NCBI GenBank assembly: GCA_016203445.1
Contig: JACQMS010000011.1
Location: forward strand, 2,517 to 66,516
DNA from: Candidatus Woesearchaeota archaeon
GTDB taxonomy: Archaea > Nanobdellota > Nanobdellia > Woesearchaeales > ARS49
Length of the DNA: 64,000 nucleotides
Direction of reading: 5' to 3'
The notes under the pieces are model-generated. The model ran no database searches and was not told the DNA's origin. It worked only from the letters and a program-made list of their open reading frames with translations. Below are positions 48,104 to 57,435 of the stretch, piece after piece (position 1 is the first letter of the stretch; each line of letters starts with the position of its first letter). The translations under genes were made by a program, and so were the position numbers.

Positions 48104-49984
48104 TTGAGCAATACAACAATTGCAAGCAAGTCAAAAGGAGGAATAGGACTGTTTTTCCTAATAACAATAATAGTTCACGCAGCAGACATTCTAATAAGAT
48201 TAACGGGCGAAGTAAAAATTTTTGATCCACTATTTATTATGCTACACTTCGTACTAATTCCAGGAATGGGGTGGCTATTAATAAAAAGTGTCAGAAACAA
48301 GGAAGGAATAGAAACTCTAGGAATATTCGCGCTGTGGGCGTACATAATACCATTAGTGTTAGTAATACCATTCATAGAAGAATTGGTAAAAAACACTCTA
48401 GGAATATTCGCGTACACTGCAATACTATTAGCAATGCCCGCATGGTTCTTCTTCATAATGACAAGAGATGAAAATGAAAAACCGGAATGGCTAAACAAAT
48501 TTTCTGCAGGGTACATGTTCATATGGTTTATCGTGGTAGCAACCACAATAATATGGCCAGCAATAAGCAACACCGGAGAAGGAATAGCATTCGGCTCCGA
48601 ATTTCACGCGGGCGACGCGATGGTTGAATCAGCAGGAGAATTCGTGACTATAATAGGACAAGTAATAAGCGCGGCGACAGCAGAAGTAGAAAACGTAAAA
48701 CAAGAAATAAAAGGCAACACGACACAAAAAGATGCATCAAGAAAAATAAACCCATCAGAATTTGAAGCAATAATAGATTGGAGCGATGAAGGAATAGTAA
48801 CACTCGGAGGAGCGCCATTCAAAACAACTGACGAGCTATCAGTAATAGGAACACTAAGAACGAAAACGTTCTCTGAAGACAAAGAAATAAATGTACAAAT
48901 ATCCTGCTTCACGCCAGGAGCAACAAACGACAAAATAACACTAACACCAGAAACATACGAAGCAATAGGAAGAAACATACAAAAAGAAAAAGTGACATGC
49001 ACAGTTTCAAAAAACACGCTAAACCCCGGAACGCACAAAGTAACACTAAAAGCAGACTACTCAATGGAAGCAATAGCGAAACTAGAATTCACGACGGGAA
49101 AAGAAGAATTATTCAGCCTAAACAAGTACGGAGAGTATACACCAAAAACGGCGGAGCTATCAAAAGCAATAATTCCATCAACAGTAACAAGCTCTAAAAC
49201 ACCGCTAAAAGTTGATATAGCGCTACCAGAAAAGTATGTAGTACTAAACGATAAAAGAGAAAACATAAAATTCACGCCAGACATAATAATATCAAGAAGC
49301 ACAGTTAAAGGTGAGGGAAAGGTTAAAGGAATAATAATAGTCGCACCCAAAAGCTTCACACTGGAAACAATAAGGCCATACAGTGAAAAAATAGTGAAAT
49401 CAAACTGCGAATATTTAAGAGAAGAATATCCATACACAGAAATGCCATGCGACAATACGTTTGAGACGGTATACTCAATAAATACCGGAGATCTCAGGAT
49501 AACAACCAATGCAAGAATATCAACAACGTTCACACTGCACAAGGATTCATGGGAAAGATTTCTTGGAGGAAGCTCATTCACACAAAAGGCATTTTATGCA
49601 CTAGCAAAATATGATTACACGATAAACGAATCAAAAGATGTAAGAGTTGAAGGAGAGACAATAACTGACGGAGGACGCACTGTAAACTCAAACATACCAG
49701 TGATAATATCGGGGCCGACAATACAATCATCAACAAACAATGCAAGAATAGAAATAGAAACAAACGTTGACACAAGAATAACAATAAAATATTGGAAAGG
49801 TAACGAAGAATCAAAAAGCACCACAAAAATAAGCAATTATGAAAGAAATCATAGAATAGATATTTCAAACCTAGAGCCGGGAACAAAATATTCAGTATTC
49901 ATTGACATAGTTGACAGAAAAAATAAAAGAAATGTACAATCATTAGAATTCACAACGAACACCGCGCCAGGAGCACAACCATGA
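48104..49984 (+). CDS. Polytopic membrane protein (~5 TM) with a large extracellular Thr-rich domain ending in an FN3/Ig-like module
   Basis: Five hydrophobic segments in the first ~170 aa. C-terminal …LEPGTKYSVFIDIVD… resembles FN3. Confidence 0.55.
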   Translation: MSNTTIASKSKGGIGLFFLITIIVHAADILIRLTGEVKIFDPLFIMLHFVLIPGMGWLLIKSVRNKEGIETLGIFALWAYIIPLVLVIPFIEELVKNTLGIFAYTAILLAMPAWFFFIMTRDENEKPEWLNKFSAGYMFIWFIVVATTIIWPAISNTGEGIAFGSEFHAGDAMVESAGEFVTIIGQVISAATAEVENVKQEIKGNTTQKDASRKINPSEFEAIIDWSDEGIVTLGGAPFKTTDELSVIGTLRTKTFSEDKEINVQISCFTPGATNDKITLTPETYEAIGRNIQKEKVTCTVSKNTLNPGTHKVTLKADYSMEAIAKLEFTTGKEELFSLNKYGEYTPKTAELSKAIIPSTVTSSKTPLKVDIALPEKYVVLNDKRENIKFTPDIIISRSTVKGEGKVKGIIIVAPKSFTLETIRPYSEKIVKSNCEYLREEYPYTEMPCDNTFETVYSINTGDLRITTNARISTTFTLHKDSWERFLGGSSFTQKAFYALAKYDYTINESKDVRVEGETITDGGRTVNSNIPVIISGPTIQSSTNNARIEIETNVDTRITIKYWKGNEESKSTTKISNYERNHRIDISNLEPGTKYSVFIDIVDRKNKRNVQSLEFTTNTAPGAQP

Positions 49985-50898
49985 GAAAAAATATCACCCG
50001 AATTTTAACGATAATACTATTAATATTTTTGATATTGCTAACTGCATCATGCGGTCTACAAACGAGAACAACACAAGTAGAAAAAGGAACTGAAGGTTTA
50101 TACACAAAAATATTTGCAGGAAACAACAACATATTGTACGAAGATACAACAGGAACAATAAATGTAGACGTAGAAAATAGAGGTGCCGGAGAAGTCAATC
50201 ATGGAATACTAGTACTAAACGTTCCAGAACAATTCATAGAAATACCCAGAGACCAACAAAAAGAATTATTATTAGCAGGAAGAAGCATAGACCAGCCGGT
50301 AGGAGAACAAATAACATACACGTTCAACGTTAAAATAAGAGAGATAACAAGCGAGAAAAAAGATATACCAACAATAATATCAGCAAGCACGTGCTATCAG
50401 TACAAAACAACAGCGAGCCCGACAGTATGCATACAAATGCCTGACGACTCAAAACCTGAATGCAAAGAAAGAACAGTACTCCTTGGAGGCCAAGGAGGAC
50501 CATTAGCCATAACAAGCGTTGAAACAACAACAATTCCATCAGAAGGAGACATGGTTATGCCAATAATAACGATAAAAATACAAAACAAAGGCAGGGGAAT
50601 AGTATTAGAGCCGAGCACAGTGCTGAACGCGTGCTTAAGCACGAGCGAGAAAGCTCAAGAAAACAAAGCATTAATAGAAGCATTCATAGACCACAAAGGA
50701 AGAATGCTAACGTGCAACAAAGAAAAAACACAAGGAGAAACAAGCATAAAAATAGATGAAGGAACAACAACAATAACATGCAAGTACGATCAAGGAATAC
50801 CTAAAAGCGAAGGAACTCACACATCCCAAATAATTATAAACCTAGCATACGGGTACTATGATATCACGACGCAAAAAATCGTGATAAAAAAGACGTGA
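49981..50898 (+). CDS. Putative lipoprotein (lipobox LTASC), paralog of 50903..51820
   Basis: MRKNITRILTIILLIFLILLTAS|CG. Shares CY(Q/E)Y…C…LG(G/A)QG(G/A)P… and C-terminal …YGY… blocks with the next gene. Confidence 0.55.
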   Translation: MRKNITRILTIILLIFLILLTASCGLQTRTTQVEKGTEGLYTKIFAGNNNILYEDTTGTINVDVENRGAGEVNHGILVLNVPEQFIEIPRDQQKELLLAGRSIDQPVGEQITYTFNVKIREITSEKKDIPTIISASTCYQYKTTASPTVCIQMPDDSKPECKERTVLLGGQGGPLAITSVETTTIPSEGDMVMPIITIKIQNKGRGIVLEPSTVLNACLSTSEKAQENKALIEAFIDHKGRMLTCNKEKTQGETSIKIDEGTTTITCKYDQGIPKSEGTHTSQIIINLAYGYYDITTQKIVIKKT

Positions 50899-50902
50899 TA
50901 AA

Positions 50903-51820
50903 ATGAAAAAAAAATATGTACTAACAATAATCGCGGTTTTAACAGTGCTGGCACTATCAGGGTGCACGACAGGAAATAGAGGCGAAGGAACTGGGGGGGC
51001 GGGCATTGGAGGCAACGGGTTAAGCATAAAATGGACACCAAACGTGCCACCAAACACAATATATGAAGACCAACCATTCGAGATAGCAGTAGAAGTAGAA
51101 AATTTAGGAGCGAACGAAATAGGCGCGAGCACTGACAGAATATACTTTTCAGGATTCTCAAGAGAAAGAATAAGCGGAGATTTTTATAACGGAATACAAA
51201 TACCAAAATTGGACGCGCAAACAAGATACAACAGCGGAGGCAAAGATTTAGTAAGCATAACAGGAACAATAGCAGACCTAGAAACACAAAACGAGTACCA
51301 AATACCACTAACGGCAACAGCATGCTACGAGTACTCAACAGAAGCCGGAGGAACAATATGCATAGACCCAGACCCGTTCACAACAAGCACAAGAAAGAAA
51401 AGCTGCACGCCAGGAAGCGTAACACTAGGAGCCCAAGGAGCGCCAGTAAAAATAACAGGAGTACAAACAGAACCAGCAAGCGGTAAAACAAGACTAACAA
51501 TAACAATATCAAACACTGGAGGAGGAGACGTGTACAAAAGAGAAGCACTAGCATACTGCAATCCTTACAACACACAAAGAGCATCATACAACAGCCTAAA
51601 CATTGTTCAAGTAGAAGAAGTAAGCATAGGAGGAACAACAATACAATGCACAGGACTAGGTAATGACAAAACACTAAGACTAATAGGAGGCAGAGGGCAA
51701 ATGAGGTGCACATACGAAACAACACAAACAACAGAATTCACAGACCAACTCAAAATAAAAATAAGATACGGATACAGAACAAGCATACAAAAAAATGTAG
51801 CAATACTACCAACAGATTGA
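50903..51820 (+). CDS. Putative lipoprotein (lipobox LSGC), paralog of 49981..50898
   Basis: MKKKYVLTIIAVLTVLALSG|CTTG. Same 305-aa length and conserved Cys/aromatic blocks as its neighbour. Confidence 0.6.
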   Translation: MKKKYVLTIIAVLTVLALSGCTTGNRGEGTGGAGIGGNGLSIKWTPNVPPNTIYEDQPFEIAVEVENLGANEIGASTDRIYFSGFSRERISGDFYNGIQIPKLDAQTRYNSGGKDLVSITGTIADLETQNEYQIPLTATACYEYSTEAGGTICIDPDPFTTSTRKKSCTPGSVTLGAQGAPVKITGVQTEPASGKTRLTITISNTGGGDVYKREALAYCNPYNTQRASYNSLNIVQVEEVSIGGTTIQCTGLGNDKTLRLIGGRGQMRCTYETTQTTEFTDQLKIKIRYGYRTSIQKNVAILPTD

Positions 51821-51826
51821 GAATGT

Positions 51827-53077
51827 TCAAGAACTATTATCGCCAGATTCTTCAACACCGCTAAGAAGTTTCTTTGCTTTTTTATCAATAATATCTGCAG
51901 CATCTTTAGGAATGCCTTTAGAAAATATTCCTGCACCAGTTTTTGACTCTGATTGTTTGGCTTTCTGCAAAGCTTCCTGTTTCAAACGCTCCGCAAGAGT
52001 TAAAGGTTTTTCTTTAGGAATGTCGCCAACAGTCTCTCCAGTCAATTCATCTCTTTTTGGAGGTTCAGCAAGCACGGAATCTTTTTTTTCATCAAGATTT
52101 TTTTCTGGCTCAAAATTTGAGGAAGGTTCAGTAATTAGTTGAGCATCTTTTGATTTCTCAACAGAAATTTCTTTAGACTGCCCCGCACCAAAATCTTGAA
52201 CAGCATTTTCTTCAACAACACTTTTTTCTGCTACTCCCGCAGTTGGCTGTTGAACATAAGAAGATTGAACAATCTGCTCCTGCACGCTCGCCGAAGAGGG
52301 GACATTTTGAGAAGAATTTTCCTCCACCAAAGATTTAGGATTCTGACCCAAATTCACGACCTCCAACATTCCAAGCATCTCAGAAGAAATATCAGGATGA
52401 GGCAAAGAAGAAGTTTTCTTCTTCAAAACATCAATCTCTCTAGTTAACGCTTCAATATCCTTAGACAATTGCTCTTTTCTATTATCTTCAGCAAATTTCA
52501 ATTCAACGCTCTTTCTATCAAGATCTGCTTGACGCTGCATGATAAGAGATTCCTTTATTCTAACAGCACCCTCCAATTCTTTAACCTTTTGAAAACGCTC
52601 AGAAATCTTATCTCTAGGAATATCAAAATAATCAAAAAATTTCTCTGCAATATTAATAATTTTAGTCCTGCCATGCTTCTTCCTAGAAATATATCCTGCA
52701 TCTTCAAGAATAGATAGATGATCATAAGCCTTATTAGTCCTAATCCTAACAACTTCAGACTGCAACAATGGAGCTTTGGAAGCAATAATTGCGAGAGTCT
52801 CAAGAACTGTCTTGGTAAGCTCAGTCTTAGTAACAATCCTCCTAATATAAGGAATACACTCCGGGACAACATGAAGCTTCCACAAATCATCCTCATTCTC
52901 AAGAATTATCGCGCCGCCCCTAACAGAATATTCTTCCTTAAGCCTCAAAAGCGCGCCCCTAACATCGTCAAAATTCCTAATCCTAGAAAGAGAAGAAATC
53001 TCATCCAAAGAAAGCCATTTACCAGAAGCAAAAAGAATTGCCTCAACTATCCTCAACAATTCCTCTTTTTTCTCCAC
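51827..53077 (-). CDS. scpB: ScpB (segregation and condensation protein B) with a ~240-aa coiled-coil/acidic C-terminal extension
   Basis: LLRIVEAILFASGKWLSLDEIS… and TLAIIASKAPLLQSEV tandem WH motifs. Long E/K-rich tail. Confidence 0.7.
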   Translation of the reverse strand: MEKKEELLRIVEAILFASGKWLSLDEISSLSRIRNFDDVRGALLRLKEEYSVRGGAIILENEDDLWKLHVVPECIPYIRRIVTKTELTKTVLETLAIIASKAPLLQSEVVRIRTNKAYDHLSILEDAGYISRKKHGRTKIINIAEKFFDYFDIPRDKISERFQKVKELEGAVRIKESLIMQRQADLDRKSVELKFAEDNRKEQLSKDIEALTREIDVLKKKTSSLPHPDISSEMLGMLEVVNLGQNPKSLVEENSSQNVPSSASVQEQIVQSSYVQQPTAGVAEKSVVEENAVQDFGAGQSKEISVEKSKDAQLITEPSSNFEPEKNLDEKKDSVLAEPPKRDELTGETVGDIPKEKPLTLAERLKQEALQKAKQSESKTGAGIFSKGIPKDAADIIDKKAKKLLSGVEESGDNSS

Positions 53078-53729
53078 TTTTATAAACCCCTTTTTCCTTA
53101 AAAATCAATTTTTGTTCAAGCATCCTATCAATATAAGGCTCCAAATCATCATCATTAACACCAACAATATTAGAAATCTCTCCCAAAGTCATAGGCTTAC
53201 TCTTCAAAGCGTGAACCACAAAATTCCTAAAAATCATCATGCTGTTCTTATCAAGAATTGCTGCCTTAGCAGTCAAAAGCTTCAAATCCATATCAACAGT
53301 ATGAAGCTTGGCCTGAAGATCATTAATAAAATTAGAAAGAACATCCCTATCCAAAGAAACGGTTACAGGATCAAGAATTTCAACACTAGAAGGCATAGAC
53401 TCAATACAAAAATTAAGAAGGCGCGCAACATCATCAAAAGAAATCTCCAAATCAGCAAAAGTAGAAAAAAGACTCTCCTTAGGAATAACATCAGCAATTT
53501 TAACAACAACCCGCAAATTCTTTTCACTCTTCAACCTATCAACATAAGCCCTAATAGTTTTGTCCAAATACTCGGCAGGAGAGCCAAGCATTTCCACAAT
53601 ACAACGAGCAGTAATCATGAACGAAGGAAAAACACAAGAGTTTATAACTCTTGTGCCAAGAAAACAATTCAATTTATTGGTTGGATAAATTATTTTCATG
53701 TCTTCTCCAACCAAAAAGCTTTTAAACAA
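53043..53729 (-). CDS. scpA: Putative ScpA (kleisin), assigned mainly by its position upstream of and overlapping scpB
   Basis: 228-aa ORF overlapping scpB by ~35 nt. No diagnostic motif recognised by eye. Confidence 0.45.
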   Translation of the reverse strand: MFKSFLVGEDMKIIYPTNKLNCFLGTRVINSCVFPSFMITARCIVEMLGSPAEYLDKTIRAYVDRLKSEKNLRVVVKIADVIPKESLFSTFADLEISFDDVARLLNFCIESMPSSVEILDPVTVSLDRDVLSNFINDLQAKLHTVDMDLKLLTAKAAILDKNSMMIFRNFVVHALKSKPMTLGEISNIVGVNDDDLEPYIDRMLEQKLIFKEKGVYKSGEKRGIVEDS

Positions 53730-53751
53730 TTAACCCTTAATCATATCATTT

Positions 53752-54351
53752 TTGATAAGATTGGTGTTTAACATGAACGAAGCAATAAAAGGACATTTAC
53801 GACAGTATCCAGTTTTTACTGTGAAAGATTTAGCAGGCACACTCGATAAACCCGCAGAATATGCATCTTTACAGACATACCGATGGAAGAAAAAGAATAT
53901 CATTCACGAAGTCGAAAAAGGAAAATATTCTTTCGAAGAAGACCCATTTGTTATCGCTTCGTGGATCTTGTGGCCGAGCTATATTTCTGGATGGGCGGCA
54001 CTGCAATACTATCATCTTACGGAACAATTGCCTTTCACAATTCAAGTTATGACAACGAGAAAAAGAAACAAAAAAAGTATCAAGTATGGAAACGCAAAGA
54101 TAGAATTTACGACAGTAAAACCGTCATTTTTGAAAGGATTTCAACAAATATTATATCATCAAAAAGAAATCTTCATTGCAGAAAAAGAAAAAGCAATCGT
54201 AGATGCGGTAGCAACGAAAAGAATGTCATTGAACGAATGTACAAGCATCATTCAACACAATAAAAATAATTTAAATCTTAAAAGATTATTTTCTTATGCT
54301 ACCATGATCAAAGGACTCTCAAAAAAAATAAAGGCGGGCATACATGATTAA
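53752..54351 (+). CDS. AbiEi-like antitoxin/transcriptional regulator
   Basis: ~200 aa, sits immediately upstream of and overlaps (8 nt) an AbiEii/DUF1814 NTase gene. N-terminal wHTH-like region. Confidence 0.5.
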   Translation: MIRLVFNMNEAIKGHLRQYPVFTVKDLAGTLDKPAEYASLQTYRWKKKNIIHEVEKGKYSFEEDPFVIASWILWPSYISGWAALQYYHLTEQLPFTIQVMTTRKRNKKSIKYGNAKIEFTTVKPSFLKGFQQILYHQKEIFIAEKEKAIVDAVATKRMSLNECTSIIQHNKNNLNLKRLFSYATMIKGLSKKIKAGIHD

Positions 54352-55102
54352 AAAAGAAGAATTATTACGAATAGCAAACCTCAAAGGACTCCCGTCCCGT
54401 TTTGCGGAACTGGATTATCTTCAAGATATTGCACTTTTAGGAATATGCCGAGAATTTGGAAATGCTCTTATATTCAAAGGAGGAACTTGCTTGTACAAGA
54501 TACACCACCTCAACAGGTTTAGTGAAGACTTGGACTTTACTGCTCAAAAAAAGTTTAAACCAAAAGACTTTTTTGCTCGTTTACCACACATATTTTTACT
54601 TTTTCACATTACATGTACTGTTACAATAGAAAGATTTCAGAACAATATCAATGTATGCTTGAAATTGAATGGCCCTCTTTATGATGGAAGCAAAGAAAGC
54701 AGAAGCAGACTTCTACTAAATATTAGTTCACGAGAAAAAGTTTTTATGCCACTCTTACAAATTTCTTACGCTTCATTATACCAAGAAGTTCGCCCATTTG
54801 ATATATACTCCATGGATGAGAGAGAGATATTAGCCGAAAAAGTACGTGCAGTATACCAAAGAGAAAAAGCCCGAGATGTATATGATATCTGGTATTTAAT
54901 CACCGTGAAAAAGATTTCGCTTGATTTGAAACTGGCACAGAGAAAGTTATCTTCTGTTCACGCACTATTTGGAAAAGATACATTCCTCAAAAATATAAAA
55001 GAGAAAAAGAACAGTTGGAATACTGATTTATCAGCACTAATATCAGGACAACTTATCCCTTTTACAGAAGCAGAAAAAGAAATTCAAAAGTATATAGAAT
55101 AA
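54344..55102 (+). CDS. AbiEii/AbiGii-family nucleotidyltransferase toxin (DUF1814)
   Basis: ALIFKGGTCLYKI…RFSEDLDF matches the family's F-K-G-G-T-[AC]-L … R-x-S-x-D-[LI]-D-[FL] NTase signature. Confidence 0.75.
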   Translation: MIKKEELLRIANLKGLPSRFAELDYLQDIALLGICREFGNALIFKGGTCLYKIHHLNRFSEDLDFTAQKKFKPKDFFARLPHIFLLFHITCTVTIERFQNNINVCLKLNGPLYDGSKESRSRLLLNISSREKVFMPLLQISYASLYQEVRPFDIYSMDEREILAEKVRAVYQREKARDVYDIWYLITVKKISLDLKLAQRKLSSVHALFGKDTFLKNIKEKKNSWNTDLSALISGQLIPFTEAEKEIQKYIE

Positions 55103-55142
55103 AAGATTTGCTTTTTCACAATGATATCCTAAAGATCAAACT

Positions 55143-55487
55143 TTATTTCCTATTAAGTTTTTTTTGCGACGACGCTACCTCGCAAGCACGGCCACTGTCG
55201 TCGAAGTTGCTGCATGCACTGACATAGCTCAAGTTGTCGTCGAAGCCGACGACACCCCAAACACGGAACAACCGAACAACAACATTATCACTCGTGAGAC
55301 CTTGAGATTTCAAATAACGAGGAGTTAATAACCAAATACCCCCAAAAGAATAACCTTCTTTTCTTCCACTCAAAAATAATGCATTACCAAAAGCAACTTC
55401 CCTGCCAACTATGGGAGTGAGAACTCTTGCATAATCACAACCATCATTATCAGGACTTAAAAAGTGAATGTCCCTATGCCGGCGCAT
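55143..55487 (-). CDS. Hypothetical small protein (114 aa). Its 3' third lies in an unusually GC-rich hairpin-rich segment.
   Basis: ATG directly abuts the hjc stop (TAAATG). C-terminal coding region is GC-rich, with GTCGTCG/CGACGAC inverted repeats. Confidence 0.35.
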   Translation of the reverse strand: MRRHRDIHFLSPDNDGCDYARVLTPIVGREVAFGNALFLSGRKEGYSFGGIWLLTPRYLKSQGLTSDNVVVRLFRVWGVVGFDDNLSYVSACSNFDDSGRACEVASSQKKLNRK

Positions 55488-55913
55488 TTAATTTGTCAAT
55501 GCCAAAAGCTCATCAAAACTCAAACCCTTATAAGAAGCCCTGACAAGAGATATAGAAAAACCTCCGGGAGACTCTACAAGATCCTCAACACTAAAAAAAA
55601 ACCATCCCTCACCATGAGAATTATTAGTTAAATCCTTAACAAACCTAGCGCCGATCCAAACCTCTGCACCAAAAAGCCCAGCAAAAATTTTCAAGTCCTC
55701 AAGCTGTTTACGCTCAACACGTATATAATCACCACTAACACTTTTACATTCTATAGCAACAAACCTAGAACCATTACCAGCAATAATATCAGGGCAAGGA
55801 AATCTTGAAACTCCAGAACCAGCAACCCTCAAAGCGGCCCAAGAATTAGAATCCCAAAATTTTTTTATAAGCTCTCTCTCAGCATTAGAACCTTTAGTCT
55901 TCCTGTCAATCAT
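55488..55913 (-). CDS. hjc: Holliday junction resolvase Hjc
   Basis: …GSNAERELIKKF…ALRVAGSG…DIIAGNG…FVAIECKS matches the archaeal Hjc motif pattern. Confidence 0.8.
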   Translation of the reverse strand: MIDRKTKGSNAERELIKKFWDSNSWAALRVAGSGVSRFPCPDIIAGNGSRFVAIECKSVSGDYIRVERKQLEDLKIFAGLFGAEVWIGARFVKDLTNNSHGEGWFFFSVEDLVESPGGFSISLVRASYKGLSFDELLALTN

Positions 55914-55914
55914 A

Positions 55915-56805
55915 CTACAACTTCAACCTCATAAAATCCTGCGCGATATGAGAATCATGATGAATAACCCTTGCCTCTTCAAGAACAACTGAAGTATCAG
56001 CATGCCTGCCACTAATATGAAACAAGAATAATTTTTTAGCGCCGCTCTTACTAGCAATAAGCCCTGCCTGTTGAGCAGTAAGATGCTTATACTCCTCGGC
56101 CTTATCCTTCTCAGCCTCAGTAAAAGAACTCTCGCATATAAGAACATCCGCGCCTTCAGAAATATCATAACAAGAAGAACACAGCCTTGTATCAGTAAGA
56201 TAAACAATTTTTTTCCCCTTCTTCAAAGAAGAAACATCATCAGGAGTAATAACAGAACCATTAATATTAACAGACCCGCCCATCTGAAGCTTCCCAATAA
56301 GAGGACCTACAGGAATTTTCAAAGATTTGACCCTATCCATATCGATAGCCCTCTTATCTTTAACCATAAAAGAGTAAGCATAACAAGGAGTTCCATGATC
56401 AAGAAGCGCGGCCTCAACAACAAAATCAGAATTTTCGAAAACAACACCATTACCAACCTCTTTAACAACAAAATCAACCCTAAAACCAAAAGGAATAGCT
56501 TTGAAAAAATGATACAAGTGCTCCTCAGTGCCCGGAGGGCCGTACAACTCTAAAGTTCCAGAATACTCAGACGCTCCCAAAGTTTGCAACAAGCCACCAA
56601 TACCCAAAGCGTGATCACCATGCCAATGAGTAAGAAAAATTTTCGAAATTTTTGTCAAGCGAATATTAGCAATCTTAAACTGCCTCTGAGTACCCTCACC
56701 ACAATCAAACAACAAACCATGCTCGTTAAACTCCAAAAAAACAGCCGGGTGATTGCGCTCCTTTGAAGGAGTCATAGACGAAGTTCCGAGAAAAGTAAGC
56801 TCCAT
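55915..56805 (-). CDS. rnz: Ribonuclease Z (tRNA 3' endonuclease, metallo-beta-lactamase fold)
   Basis: LTHWHGDH motif, 296 aa, a C-terminal His and the expected acidic residues. Confidence 0.85.
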   Translation of the reverse strand: MELTFLGTSSMTPSKERNHPAVFLEFNEHGLLFDCGEGTQRQFKIANIRLTKISKIFLTHWHGDHALGIGGLLQTLGASEYSGTLELYGPPGTEEHLYHFFKAIPFGFRVDFVVKEVGNGVVFENSDFVVEAALLDHGTPCYAYSFMVKDKRAIDMDRVKSLKIPVGPLIGKLQMGGSVNINGSVITPDDVSSLKKGKKIVYLTDTRLCSSCYDISEGADVLICESSFTEAEKDKAEEYKHLTAQQAGLIASKSGAKKLFLFHISGRHADTSVVLEEARVIHHDSHIAQDFMRLKL

Positions 56806-56855
56806 AAAATACCAATATCACAAACGTTTTTAAACCTTCCCGCCAAGAACGGTTC

Positions 56856-57383
56856 ATGGAAAGGATTAAGTCATGGATTGAAGGAAAATATGTAATAACA
56901 GAAAACTCTGCACAAGCAAAAGAGCTAAACAAAGAATTGGGCTACGGAATGATACTGCCGGACGGAAGAGTACAAATAGCACTTCACGAAGCGGCGCACC
57001 TGCTGGAAAGAGAAAAAATAATAGTTCTAGACAGAAAAGACAATAAAATAACGGAAGAGAAAATATTAGGGATCGCAGGAAAGAAAGAACATAAATTTAA
57101 CGAGAGATACTTAGTGTACAAAGATTTGAGAACAAGAGGATTTATTGTTCAAACAGCACTAAAATTCGGAGCAGACTTCAGAGTTTACAACAAAGGAAAA
57201 AAGCCGGGACAAGAACACTCAAAATGGATAGTGTATATAGCAAGAGAAGGAGAAAAACTAACTTGGAGAGAATACTCCGCGAAAAATAGAGTAGCACACT
57301 CAGTAAAGAAAAAATTACTTCTGGCAATAATAGACGACCAAGGAGAAGTAAGCTATTGGGAAAGCGAGTGGGTAAGATTGTGA
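56856..57383 (+). CDS. endA: tRNA-splicing endonuclease
   Basis: Length 175 aa and a conserved catalytic region (…RVYNKGKK…HSKWIVY…). Confidence 0.75.
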   Translation: MERIKSWIEGKYVITENSAQAKELNKELGYGMILPDGRVQIALHEAAHLLEREKIIVLDRKDNKITEEKILGIAGKKEHKFNERYLVYKDLRTRGFIVQTALKFGADFRVYNKGKKPGQEHSKWIVYIAREGEKLTWREYSAKNRVAHSVKKKLLLAIIDDQGEVSYWESEWVRL

Positions 57384-57435
57384 ATACTTTTCCATTACAC
57401 AAATATATATAAGTCTGAACCCAAAAACAAACACT

